From a virus: DNA of 64,000 nt. Made by a program: the position numbers and the translations under genes. The stretch lies in the IMG/VR virus record IMGVR_UViG_3300036398_002581, positions 5,570-69,569 of that record; one strand, 5' to 3'. The notes below the pieces were generated by a model. That model was not told the origin of the DNA and ran no database searches. It saw only the letters and a list, made by a program, of their open reading frames with translations. Numbering within the stretch: the stretch's first letter is position 1; each line of letters begins with the position of its first letter. Below, piece after piece: positions 26,575-34,633 of the stretch.

Positions 26575-27910
26575 CAATCACTTCCTTTCTTTCAGACAGG
26601 GCTTGATACACGCGGCCGTCGGCCGTTGTCTTGCCTTGTAGGGTTGCGACCAAACTGAAAAACCGCGTGTTTCGTTCCTGCCCCGGCCGGTGGAGGCGGG
26701 CGATTGCCTGGAGCCATTCGGAGAGGCTGTGGCCGAGGCTGTAGAAGACGCCGACGGCGGCCCTGGTCAAGTCGATGCCGATTCCGCCGCTTTGGATTTG
26801 AGCGACCAGTACGGCGGTCTCACCGGCCTGCCACTTGGCAAGGTCATCGATTCTACCCGATAGCTCGCTGACGCTGCGCCCAAGCGACTGACAGGCATGC
26901 AGCACAGAGTCGATGTCGCTGCGGAACCGGCAGAACACCACCAGCGGCTCGTCGGCCGGCATGTCCTCGAGCATATCGGAGAAGGCGGCCCGCTTGGACG
27001 GCACGTCGTCTATCTGCCTCGCGACCGCCGCGTCATCAAGTTTCATGAACCCGCTCGTTGCCTGGAGCATGCGGAGCAGGCCGACCATAGCGTTGGCAGG
27101 CGTGATGTAACCGCCGTCGACCTGCGCGCAGAACTCGCGCTCGAGTTGGGTGTAGACGCGGCCCTCCTTGGCCGACATCTCCACCGGCACCTCGACATGC
27201 AGGATCGGGGGCAGGTCAAGCACGTCCTCGCTGCGCCGCTGAAACGTCGTGGCGGCAACTTTCGCGGCGAATTGTTCTTTGTTCCGCCAGCCGATGACCA
27301 TGCCGGGGACGTTCGGATTCACGATCGCGTACAGACCCTTGAACAGGCCGTAGAACGGCCCAAACGTCGGGCATTCGGGGCTTTCGACAGCCCGCCACGT
27401 CCCGTATGCGTCGAGCGGGCTCTGCGAGAGCAGGGTGCCGGACAGCCCGAGACGCTTGGCCTTCGGGTTTTTCTTGCACATCTTGGCCGCCCATTTGCTG
27501 GCGGCCCCCGACGGCGACTTGAGCCGATGAACCTCGTCCCAGACGAAGCAGTCCCAGGCGAGCTTTTCAACTTCTTTGATTCGCCAGAGCGACTCGTAGT
27601 TGCAGACGATGATGACCGGCGAGGTGTCGGCCATCGCGGCCGTGAGCTGCCGGCCTTTGTCGGCCGAGGTGCCGCGGTCGAGCAGGATGATCCGCAGCTC
27701 GGGCATCCACAGCGAGACTTGCTTCGCCCAGGCCGGCATGACGGCTTTGGGGCAGCCGACCAGAATGCGTCTGATGCTGCCCGCGATCATCCCACGCTTG
27801 ATGATCTCCAGGGCGACGCGGGTCTTGCCGCAGCCCATTCCAAGCCAGAGCAGGGCGTCGCGACGCCCGTCGGCCCATTCGATTGCTTCCTGCTGATGCG
27901 TCCAGAGCAT
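26522..27910 (-). CDS. SNF2-like SF2 helicase
   Basis: MGCGKT, DEVH, LSGT, GIGIDL, ARLHRPGQ. Confidence 0.92.
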   Translation of the reverse strand: MLWTHQQEAIEWADGRRDALLWLGMGCGKTRVALEIIKRGMIAGSIRRILVGCPKAVMPAWAKQVSLWMPELRIILLDRGTSADKGRQLTAAMADTSPVIIVCNYESLWRIKEVEKLAWDCFVWDEVHRLKSPSGAASKWAAKMCKKNPKAKRLGLSGTLLSQSPLDAYGTWRAVESPECPTFGPFYGLFKGLYAIVNPNVPGMVIGWRNKEQFAAKVAATTFQRRSEDVLDLPPILHVEVPVEMSAKEGRVYTQLEREFCAQVDGGYITPANAMVGLLRMLQATSGFMKLDDAAVARQIDDVPSKRAAFSDMLEDMPADEPLVVFCRFRSDIDSVLHACQSLGRSVSELSGRIDDLAKWQAGETAVLVAQIQSGGIGIDLTRAAVGVFYSLGHSLSEWLQAIARLHRPGQERNTRFFSLVATLQGKTTADGRVYQALSERKEVIDVICEGYRARHTAVERA

Positions 27911-27935
27911 GCCTGCACTCCCTTGCGTGGAGGGC

Positions 27936-27964
27936 AGGATAGAAGGCTACTGAAAAAGAGTCAA
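27936..27964 (-). promoter_or_regulatory. putative promoter TTGACT-17-TATCCT for the replication operon
   Basis: Sigma70 consensus similarity. Confidence 0.55.
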
Positions 27965-28497
27965 GACGGCTTCCGCTTTCGGCCGCGTTTCGTTCCGTTC
28001 GCCTCGAGCCGACGAGCAAGAGACACGTTCGCCTCGCAGCTCGCTCGCGAAAAAACCCAGCAACGACTGTTTCTGTTCCGTCCGTTGGCGAGGACTCGCC
28101 CCACAATTTTTCCGGCGAGAGCCAGCCGCGGGGGGAACGTCCAGTGAACACCTAGTATTTCGCCGGCCTCCCCGGTGGAGACGGCATCGCCGAACGTGAT
28201 CTGATTGGTGACAGCGGCGAGTTTCTTGAGCATTGCCGGACGCTCCTCGACCGCCGTGCGTGCTCGCTTGCCTGTCCCCCCCGACTCCATCGCGGCCTCG
28301 TACTCAGCGAAATTCTCTTCACACTCGAGCATGGAGTACACGCTGAAGACCCGCTCGGGGTCTGAGACGATCGGCGACCGCAGCGTCCTGGCCGTGAGCA
28401 GCCCCTTCTCCGACATCCTCTTGGGCTGCGTCCAGTGGACGCCCAGGAGGCAGGCGGCCTCCCAGCTTCCCAGGGCCATGTCAGTCTTCTTTGCCAT
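27961..28497 (-). CDS. tandem HTH DNA-binding protein (excisionase/repressor candidate)
   Basis: Two repeats EAACLLGVHWT / EAGEILGVHWT. Confidence 0.7.
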   Translation of the reverse strand: MAKKTDMALGSWEAACLLGVHWTQPKRMSEKGLLTARTLRSPIVSDPERVFSVYSMLECEENFAEYEAAMESGGTGKRARTAVEERPAMLKKLAAVTNQITFGDAVSTGEAGEILGVHWTFPPRLALAGKIVGRVLANGRNRNSRCWVFSRASCEANVSLARRLEANGTKRGRKRKPS

Positions 28498-28599
28498 CGC
28501 AAACCCTCCAGGCGGAAATGTCTCTCCGCTGGAGGATACTCCCGAGGCAGGCGTAAAAGCCAATCCGACCCCGCCACGGCTCCCACTTGACATCCGTAA

Positions 28600-28627
28600 G
28601 TGGAGGATAGAGGATTTGAACCGCTGG
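28600..28627 (-). other. tRNA 3'-end fragment, candidate attP core
   Basis: Minus strand CCAGCGGTTCAAATCCTCTATCCTCCAC = T-arm plus 3' acceptor strand; about 370 bp from the integrase. Confidence 0.6.
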
Positions 28628-28691
28628 CCCACCAATGGTGCCAGACCGGCCAGCAGAAAGCCAGCCGCCACGGATACATGGAGGTTTCCGC

Positions 28692-28895
28692 ATGCGAAAG
28701 CGTACCGTCATCGTCGAGTGGGCTGATTCCGGGGTCGAGGACGCCGACGAGGTCGTCGTCTACTCGGACACACCCGCCCAGGCGGTCGACAAGGCGAAGA
28801 AAAAATGGCGTATGACCATCGGTGCCGAGTTCCCCGGCTGCCGGATATCCAGGGCGTTTATCCTAACGCCGGAAAACTTTGCCGAATTCCTATAG
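28692..28895 (+). CDS. hypothetical protein
   Basis: GGAGG RBS. Confidence 0.6.
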   Translation: MRKRTVIVEWADSGVEDADEVVVYSDTPAQAVDKAKKKWRMTIGAEFPGCRISRAFILTPENFAEFL

Positions 28896-28992
28896 GCAAA
28901 AGAGTTGCAACAGCGGCACCACCCAAGTGGGCGGTAGATACCTCTTGCTCCATAAGGGCGGCGTGGTACTCCTTTGGCGGGAGGCTTGCACC

Positions 28993-29847
28993 ATGACGCT
29001 GCAACAGATACTGATCGATCTGTACGCGCCGATGACCGGCATATGCGATCGGACGATCACGCTCTACGGATACACGCTCCGGTCCTGGGGGGAGCAGCTC
29101 GGCAGGCCGCCGGAGACGACAGACCTTGAGGAGTTGGCGGTTGCCCGCTTCCTTGCCCACCGCGTCCGGTCGATGTCCGCGGCGACCGCCGCCAAGGATA
29201 AGGCCCAGCTCACGGCCCTCTGGGGCTTCTGTAGTCGGCGAAAACTCTGCGACACTTGGCCGCAGACGCCCAGGATCATCGTGCCCGAAAGAATTCCAGA
29301 GGCGTGGCTGGCTGATGAGTTTCAGCGGCTCATCGACTCGTCCAGGCAGGAGCCACTCTCGTACTGCGGATTCCCTGGCTCGCTCGTTTTCCCCGCGATG
29401 CTGCTCACTGCGTACTCAACGGGCGAGCGTATCGGCGCGATCATGTCGCTCCGTTGCCGCGACGTTCGCGGGTGTGCGGTCATTTTTCGTGCAGAGGATC
29501 GGAAGGGACGCAGGCGTGACATTTTCCGCGACATCAGCGTAGCCTGCGCGGACGCGCTCCTGGCGATTCGCCGTGGGCCGGAGGACACCGCGATCCCGTG
29601 GGACAAGCACCCAACCTACGTTTACAACCGACTCAAGATCATCTTGAAGCGTGCCGGCCTGCCCCACGGCCGGCAGGACAAGTTCCACAGAGTCAGGAAA
29701 ACCACCGCCAGTTATTACGAGGCTGCTGGCGGGTCGGCGCAGCGTCTGCTCGATCACTCGAGCCCCGCCGTCACGAGGCGATACCTCGACCCTCGGATAG
29801 TCACGCCTGGGGAGCCCGCGCCGAGCGTGCTGCCGGAGGTTATTTAG
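28993..29847 (+). CDS. int: tyrosine recombinase/integrase
   Basis: TGERIG (R), K, HRVR (HxxR), LLDHS, RRY. Confidence 0.9.
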   Translation: MTLQQILIDLYAPMTGICDRTITLYGYTLRSWGEQLGRPPETTDLEELAVARFLAHRVRSMSAATAAKDKAQLTALWGFCSRRKLCDTWPQTPRIIVPERIPEAWLADEFQRLIDSSRQEPLSYCGFPGSLVFPAMLLTAYSTGERIGAIMSLRCRDVRGCAVIFRAEDRKGRRRDIFRDISVACADALLAIRRGPEDTAIPWDKHPTYVYNRLKIILKRAGLPHGRQDKFHRVRKTTASYYEAAGGSAQRLLDHSSPAVTRRYLDPRIVTPGEPAPSVLPEVI

Positions 29848-30207
29848 CTACAGCGTCGCTGCTTCGACGAACGCCTGATCGACCTGTGCTTCCGTCAGCC
29901 CGAGAGCCGCCGCGAGCGGCACAAGCATCGGGTGCGACCGCTCGACGTAAGGTGCATATTCCCACTCGACGCGGACGCTGTCCCGCTGGAGAGCGTCAGG
30001 AATTGCGTCGATAGCTGCCTCGACCGCAGCGAGCGACACGCCGTGAGCGACCAGCCACAGGCGTATCTGGCGGGCGGAGACGCTGGCGGGCACGGCTGGC
30101 GACTCAGGCTCTACTGCCTGCTGATTGAGGCCGATGACGTTGCCCGCCTCGTCGCGGACTTCCCAGACACGCAGGCCGTCAATGATGCCGATGTAGGTGG
30201 TGGTCAT
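29848..30207 (-). CDS. tail-fibre-associated protein (assembly chaperone-like)
   Basis: VSARQIRLWL...EWEYA; follows a fibre gene. Confidence 0.6.
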   Translation of the reverse strand: MTTTYIGIIDGLRVWEVRDEAGNVIGLNQQAVEPESPAVPASVSARQIRLWLVAHGVSLAAVEAAIDAIPDALQRDSVRVEWEYAPYVERSHPMLVPLAAALGLTEAQVDQAFVEAATL

Positions 30208-31403
30208 GACAGCCTCGCAAACGGTGCTTGGCTGTTTTGGTTGGGCGTGAACGACGCGGGCAGATCGCTAAGACCTGTCGTAGAACCGCCAGACAATCGC
30301 GGAGGCAAGACGCCCACGGCCGTCAGCACCGTGCGACCAATCAACTGCGGCTGCGTCGTTCCAACACAGATATACGCCACGCCGTAACGAGTCCCTGCAT
30401 TGAGCGTGTAGGTAGACGGGTATCCGCCAGCAGTGTCCAGCGACCGCGTGTAGGTGGTGTTGGTTGCCGCGAATAGGCTTGTGTCTGATGCTGTGCGTGC
30501 CACTAGCGTTGCAGTGCCGCCCTCCGTCGGGTAGGTGTAGATGCCCATACGCGCGAGCGTCAGCCCAGCAGCAACCGCACCAGTGCCGTTCGACATCGCG
30601 ATTTGCGAAACCGTGATAGTTGTCACGGGCGTGAAGAAGGCCATTATCGCCTGCCCAGCACCAGCAGTCACGCCAGCGGCTGCTGTAGCTCGCGGGACTG
30701 AATCAATCACACCAGACGCCTGCCCTAGCGTGGTGTTGATCTGTGAGTGCAGTGCCACGGCTGTACTCAGTCTCGCATCCGCGAGCGTGCCCGACAGATC
30801 CGCTGCCGATCCGCTCGTCGCCACAGTCGCCAGCCCGCTCACCTGCGCCGCCGACAGCGTCAGCGGATCGCTGCCTGCTGCGGCGTGACTGCTGGCGTGG
30901 CTGGTGGGAGTCCGGCTGTTGGTTAGCCTCGCGTCATCCCCCGCGCAGTAGTTCGCCGACCCCGTGCCAGCCGTAGGCAGACCACTCACGTCGGCCGATG
31001 AGATCACCACCGCCCCGGTGCGGCCAGCCACGCTGACTACATTTGCCGATACAGTGCCGCTGGCGACACTCAATCCCGTCCCGACCACCACGCCACCCAG
31101 GGACGAGGTCGTGGCGGCTGGCAAATCAAATCCAGACGCTACTCCGACCTCGACATAAACCCCGCTCCACTGGTAGACGCGGGAGCTATCCTGCGCTAGA
31201 TAGAGGACATTTGCGGCCCCGACTGCGGGGAAGCTCCCGATCGTGGCGAACGACGCAACCGGAGAAAAAGCCGTCACTGCTCCAGCCGCAGAGCGGTAGA
31301 AGAACCGGCCGTCCGCTTCGTTCACGGCGATCTGGCCGCTGACGAGCGATGACGGCACATTGCCTGCGGTCGTGCTTCTCAGAATGCGGACAGTGTTTGA
31401 CAC
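30204..31403 (-). CDS. tail fibre protein
   Basis: Gly/Ala/Ser/Thr-rich; VSVAGRTG, HASSH motifs. Confidence 0.7.
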   Translation of the reverse strand: MSNTVRILRSTTAGNVPSSLVSGQIAVNEADGRFFYRSAAGAVTAFSPVASFATIGSFPAVGAANVLYLAQDSSRVYQWSGVYVEVGVASGFDLPAATTSSLGGVVVGTGLSVASGTVSANVVSVAGRTGAVVISSADVSGLPTAGTGSANYCAGDDARLTNSRTPTSHASSHAAAGSDPLTLSAAQVSGLATVATSGSAADLSGTLADARLSTAVALHSQINTTLGQASGVIDSVPRATAAAGVTAGAGQAIMAFFTPVTTITVSQIAMSNGTGAVAAGLTLARMGIYTYPTEGGTATLVARTASDTSLFAATNTTYTRSLDTAGGYPSTYTLNAGTRYGVAYICVGTTQPQLIGRTVLTAVGVLPPRLSGGSTTGLSDLPASFTPNQNSQAPFARLS

Positions 31404-31404
31404 G

Positions 31405-32112
31405 TCAGAACGTCCCGCCGTTCAAGTCGATGCCTGCAATCGAGCCGCCCGTGATCGCCACGTTGCTCGCGGCCTGAGTCGCCATCGACCCCAGCCCGAG
31501 GTTCGTGCGAGCAGTCGCAGCGTCCGCCAAGTCACCGAGATTCGACGCCTTCGCCAGCTTGCCGCCGATGCTGTTGCTGATCGTCGTGGAGAAGCTGGCG
31601 TCGTTTCCTAAAGCCGTAGCCAACTCGTTGAGTGTGTTCAACGCCTCTGGAGCACTCGCCACCAGATTTGCGACAGCGGTCATCACGAACGAGGTGTTCG
31701 CTATCTTGGTCGAAGAGTCGCCAGCACTCACGTTTGGTGCCGTCGGCGACCCTGACAGTGCAGGCGACGCCAGAGGCGCGTAGGTGCTGCTCGCAGAAGA
31801 CTGCGTGAGGTAAGTGCTGCTCGCTGACGAGATCGTGAGATAGGTCGTCGCCGCGTTCGCGGCGGTCAGGTAGTTTGCGAGTTGCGAGCTAACGTCAACG
31901 GCAGCGACCGCAGAGGTGACATAGGACTTGGTCGCAAACACGCCGTCGCCACCGATCGCGATCACGCTTGTCGCGTTGCCATCCTGCCCCAAGCCCTTGC
32001 CGTACCAAACGACATTGTCCACCTCGTTCACGGCGCACTCGCCGTTCAGGAGCGTTGCAGGCGCGCCCGCGTTTCCCGAGACTCGACGCTTCAGCCTGAG
32101 ACGATTTGCCAT
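31405..32112 (-). CDS. tail fibre-like protein
   Basis: APLASPALSG.PTAP, APEALNTLNELATALGND, ARTNLGLG. Confidence 0.75.
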   Translation of the reverse strand: MANRLRLKRRVSGNAGAPATLLNGECAVNEVDNVVWYGKGLGQDGNATSVIAIGGDGVFATKSYVTSAVAAVDVSSQLANYLTAANAATTYLTISSASSTYLTQSSASSTYAPLASPALSGSPTAPNVSAGDSSTKIANTSFVMTAVANLVASAPEALNTLNELATALGNDASFSTTISNSIGGKLAKASNLGDLADAATARTNLGLGSMATQAASNVAITGGSIAGIDLNGGTF

Positions 32113-32121
32113 GACTCCTCC

Positions 32122-32409
32122 TTAAAAATTCTGCCCGTCGATCACGATGTCGCTTTCGGGATAGTTTCGCCATTTGCTGTTCGAGTACCGCAGCACATCG
32201 CCATCTGCCACGCCGCTTAACTGCACATCGCTCGCCGCCGACAGAGCGGTCCCCGGAGGCCCGAGGGGGCCTGCCGGCCCTTGCGGCCCGATACCGCCGC
32301 CGATACTTGCCGCGACGACCGACGACCCTACGCTCGCGGAGATGTTTCCTGAACCGCTGACGGTCGCCGTGATCGGCTGCGATGAAACAGTCGCTGTGAT
32401 CTGACTCAT
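32122..32409 (-). CDS. short collagen-motif tail protein
   Basis: GPQGPAGPLGPPG. Confidence 0.65.
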   Translation of the reverse strand: MSQITATVSSQPITATVSGSGNISASVGSSVVAASIGGGIGPQGPAGPLGPPGTALSAASDVQLSGVADGDVLRYSNSKWRNYPESDIVIDGQNF

Positions 32410-32726
32410 GCGTAGACCTCCACGGTGCCAGACAGTGCCGTCCTCTGCACGCCGCCGGGTGCGGTCCAGTCAAGCTGCCATCCGTAGGTGCCAGCGGCGA
32501 GAGCGGCGGTCTGCGTGTCAGTGAGGCTTACGGAGACTTGCCCCGCCGAAGCGTCGGCAATCGTCGTGGTGAAAGGCACGACGGTCGCACCGGTGACGAG
32601 GCTCGTCAGGTTCGCTGTTACGGTGTAGCCGACGAGGTCGGTGCCGTTGAAGTCGACGACGGCCGCAAAATCGTTTGCGCGTTTAAATGCGAGCGGGAGT
32701 TGGCCGGGAAGTACGGAATAGGTCAT
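32406..32726 (-). CDS. BppU-like fibre adaptor protein
   Basis: G.V.VSLTDTQTAAL..GTY.W.L...LSGTV. Confidence 0.6.
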   Translation of the reverse strand: MTYSVLPGQLPLAFKRANDFAAVVDFNGTDLVGYTVTANLTSLVTGATVVPFTTTIADASAGQVSVSLTDTQTAALAAGTYGWQLDWTAPGGVQRTALSGTVEVYA

Positions 32727-32729
32727 GTG

Positions 32730-32858
32730 TCACCAGTAGGAGAGGATTGCCCTGCCAATTGCCCACCGCATCGCCGCCGCCGAGGTGCGCGCTGCGACCA
32801 CGCCACACGCTGCTGCGGCTGTCAGGATCGCGGCGAGATAGAGCGGGAGGCGGATCAT
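32730..32858 (-). CDS. small hydrophobic protein (42 aa)
   Basis: ATGA-coupled; hydrophobic. Confidence 0.4.
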   Translation of the reverse strand: MIRLPLYLAAILTAAAACGVVAARTSAAAMRWAIGRAILSYW

Positions 32859-34624
32859 TCGAGTAGCTGGGCTGTGGCAATCAGGATGGAATCGCCAAGG
32901 TCGGAGACGTCCTGAAAAACCCAGCGGTAGGCTGTGTAGTTCGCGGGGCTTGCCAGCGTAAAATTGCTGGAGGGAGAACCGGACGAAAAGCTCTGACCGC
33001 TGCGCGAGTCCAACAGCGTCCAATCTGTCAGGTTGTCGCTGCCAAAAAACTTCCATTGAGTTGGCGATTCGCCATAGCCCGGAAATGCTACTCTCAGCAT
33101 GTAGCCCGTAGTTCTGGATTTCTGCCCTTCTGGGAACGCATATTGCAATGTCCGAGCGGGGTTGTTGGAGCCAGCACGCTGAAACTGCGCCCACGTTGAC
33201 GAGTCGCCGTCAAAAGCCATCCATCGCGGCTGAAAGGTGGGGCTTTCAATGTTATTGACGCCCGACACTTCGCCGCTGGGCGATGTGAGCGAAGTCATCG
33301 TCGGAATCGCACGGAACACGTCGCCCGGCGTCACGCTGCTCGTCGCGCTGGTGTACGCCCCTTGCCCAACGCCATTCACTGCCGCCACGCGGAAGACATA
33401 GCCCGTGCCGTTCGTCAGCCCGGTGACCGTCGCTGAAGTCGCGGTCGAGGTGCCGTCGCTGAACGTCGTCCACTCGCCCGGACCCGAAACAGAGCCAGCC
33501 CCGACGGGGTGCGCGGCGGTTGGCGCAGTGAATGTAGTACCGCTGGGGTATCTCGCCGCCAGCGTCAGCCGAACGTCATCGATGTATCCCGGTGGTGCAA
33601 AAAAACTAGAGTTCCCATTGTTGTGTTCGCGGCCAAACGACACGTTTCCGCCCAGCAGATTGAGTGCCCCTGACACTCCCGTGGCTGACGTGCCCGGCGC
33701 GTTTTCGGCAGCGTTGGCGGCTTGCACCCCGTTCACATACACGCGCCATGTGCCGCTCTGTCGAACAATAGCGATATGCGACCATCCAGATGGGTTGTCA
33801 AACAATAGTTGCGTTACATCGTTTCGCTCTTCTATGTTGTCATACCGCACCGCCTCGACCGCCCACTGCGTGCCGTTGCGTCGCATCCGCAAATACGCAG
33901 TGTTGAAGTTGGGGGTATTCCACGACAGGAGCGTTTGATTGTCAGAGGTGCCAACTGACGCGAACGACTGCCACCACTCAAGCGTGAAATCACCAGTGCC
34001 TATCGCGGGTGCATTTGTCGTCGAAATACCCTGGACTGAGCCGCCGACCGGCAAACCACCCGCGCCAAACTTCTTGTTTGCAGTGTCGATTGTCGTGCTG
34101 CCGATTGCAGTGAACGTCGTGTTTGTGGTTGATGCGTCCGCGAAGCTTGAGTCCAGCGGCAGCAGCAGTTTGACGCTTGACCATTGATTGTCGCCGGGGA
34201 TTGACGACCCCTGCGACTGATACTGCACGACATAGTCGGTGATCGGCGTCTGAGCCAGCACGGTCGGTGCAGTCCACGAGAGAGAGACTTGTGCGTTGGC
34301 AGCGGATGTCGTCAGGCTCGTAGGAGCAGGCGGCACGAAGAACGCTCGCAGCGTCGTGTCTTCGCCGCCACCGCCGCTAGCCGCCAGCACACCACTTGTA
34401 ATGGTCAGGCCGTTGCCGACAATCACCGCACCCGCCGCAGTGGTTGTCGCAAGCGGGAGCCGCGCCGACGCCACCGTGCCAGACGTGAGCGACGATGCGT
34501 CCGTAGAGCCGCCGCCGCTCACAGGCGTCAACTGCCAGACACCGAGGCCAGCGTAGGTATACGAACGCCCATTCTGGACGGATTGCTGCCCTATCGACGG
34601 ACTGGATGGAAAGGAGAACGGCAT
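32855..34624 (-). CDS. receptor-binding tail protein (FN3 + LamG/ConA-like + discoidin-like)
   Basis: VSLSWTAP, GLTNGTGYVFRVAAVN; DFTLEWW, WSHIAIVR, GYIDDVR; AFDGD...W...GSDN..DWTLLD. Confidence 0.8.
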   Translation of the reverse strand: MPFSFPSSPSIGQQSVQNGRSYTYAGLGVWQLTPVSGGGSTDASSLTSGTVASARLPLATTTAAGAVIVGNGLTITSGVLAASGGGGEDTTLRAFFVPPAPTSLTTSAANAQVSLSWTAPTVLAQTPITDYVVQYQSQGSSIPGDNQWSSVKLLLPLDSSFADASTTNTTFTAIGSTTIDTANKKFGAGGLPVGGSVQGISTTNAPAIGTGDFTLEWWQSFASVGTSDNQTLLSWNTPNFNTAYLRMRRNGTQWAVEAVRYDNIEERNDVTQLLFDNPSGWSHIAIVRQSGTWRVYVNGVQAANAAENAPGTSATGVSGALNLLGGNVSFGREHNNGNSSFFAPPGYIDDVRLTLAARYPSGTTFTAPTAAHPVGAGSVSGPGEWTTFSDGTSTATSATVTGLTNGTGYVFRVAAVNGVGQGAYTSATSSVTPGDVFRAIPTMTSLTSPSGEVSGVNNIESPTFQPRWMAFDGDSSTWAQFQRAGSNNPARTLQYAFPEGQKSRTTGYMLRVAFPGYGESPTQWKFFGSDNLTDWTLLDSRSGQSFSSGSPSSNFTLASPANYTAYRWVFQDVSDLGDSILIATAQLLE

Positions 34625-34633
34625 GTGGATACC

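Noticed and set aside
28587-28615. Promoter at TTGACA
   Set aside because: No convincing -10 element at 16-18 bp spacing
28560-28680. Complete tRNA gene
   Set aside because: Only the T-arm and 3' acceptor strand are present; no D-arm, anticodon arm or matching 5' strand
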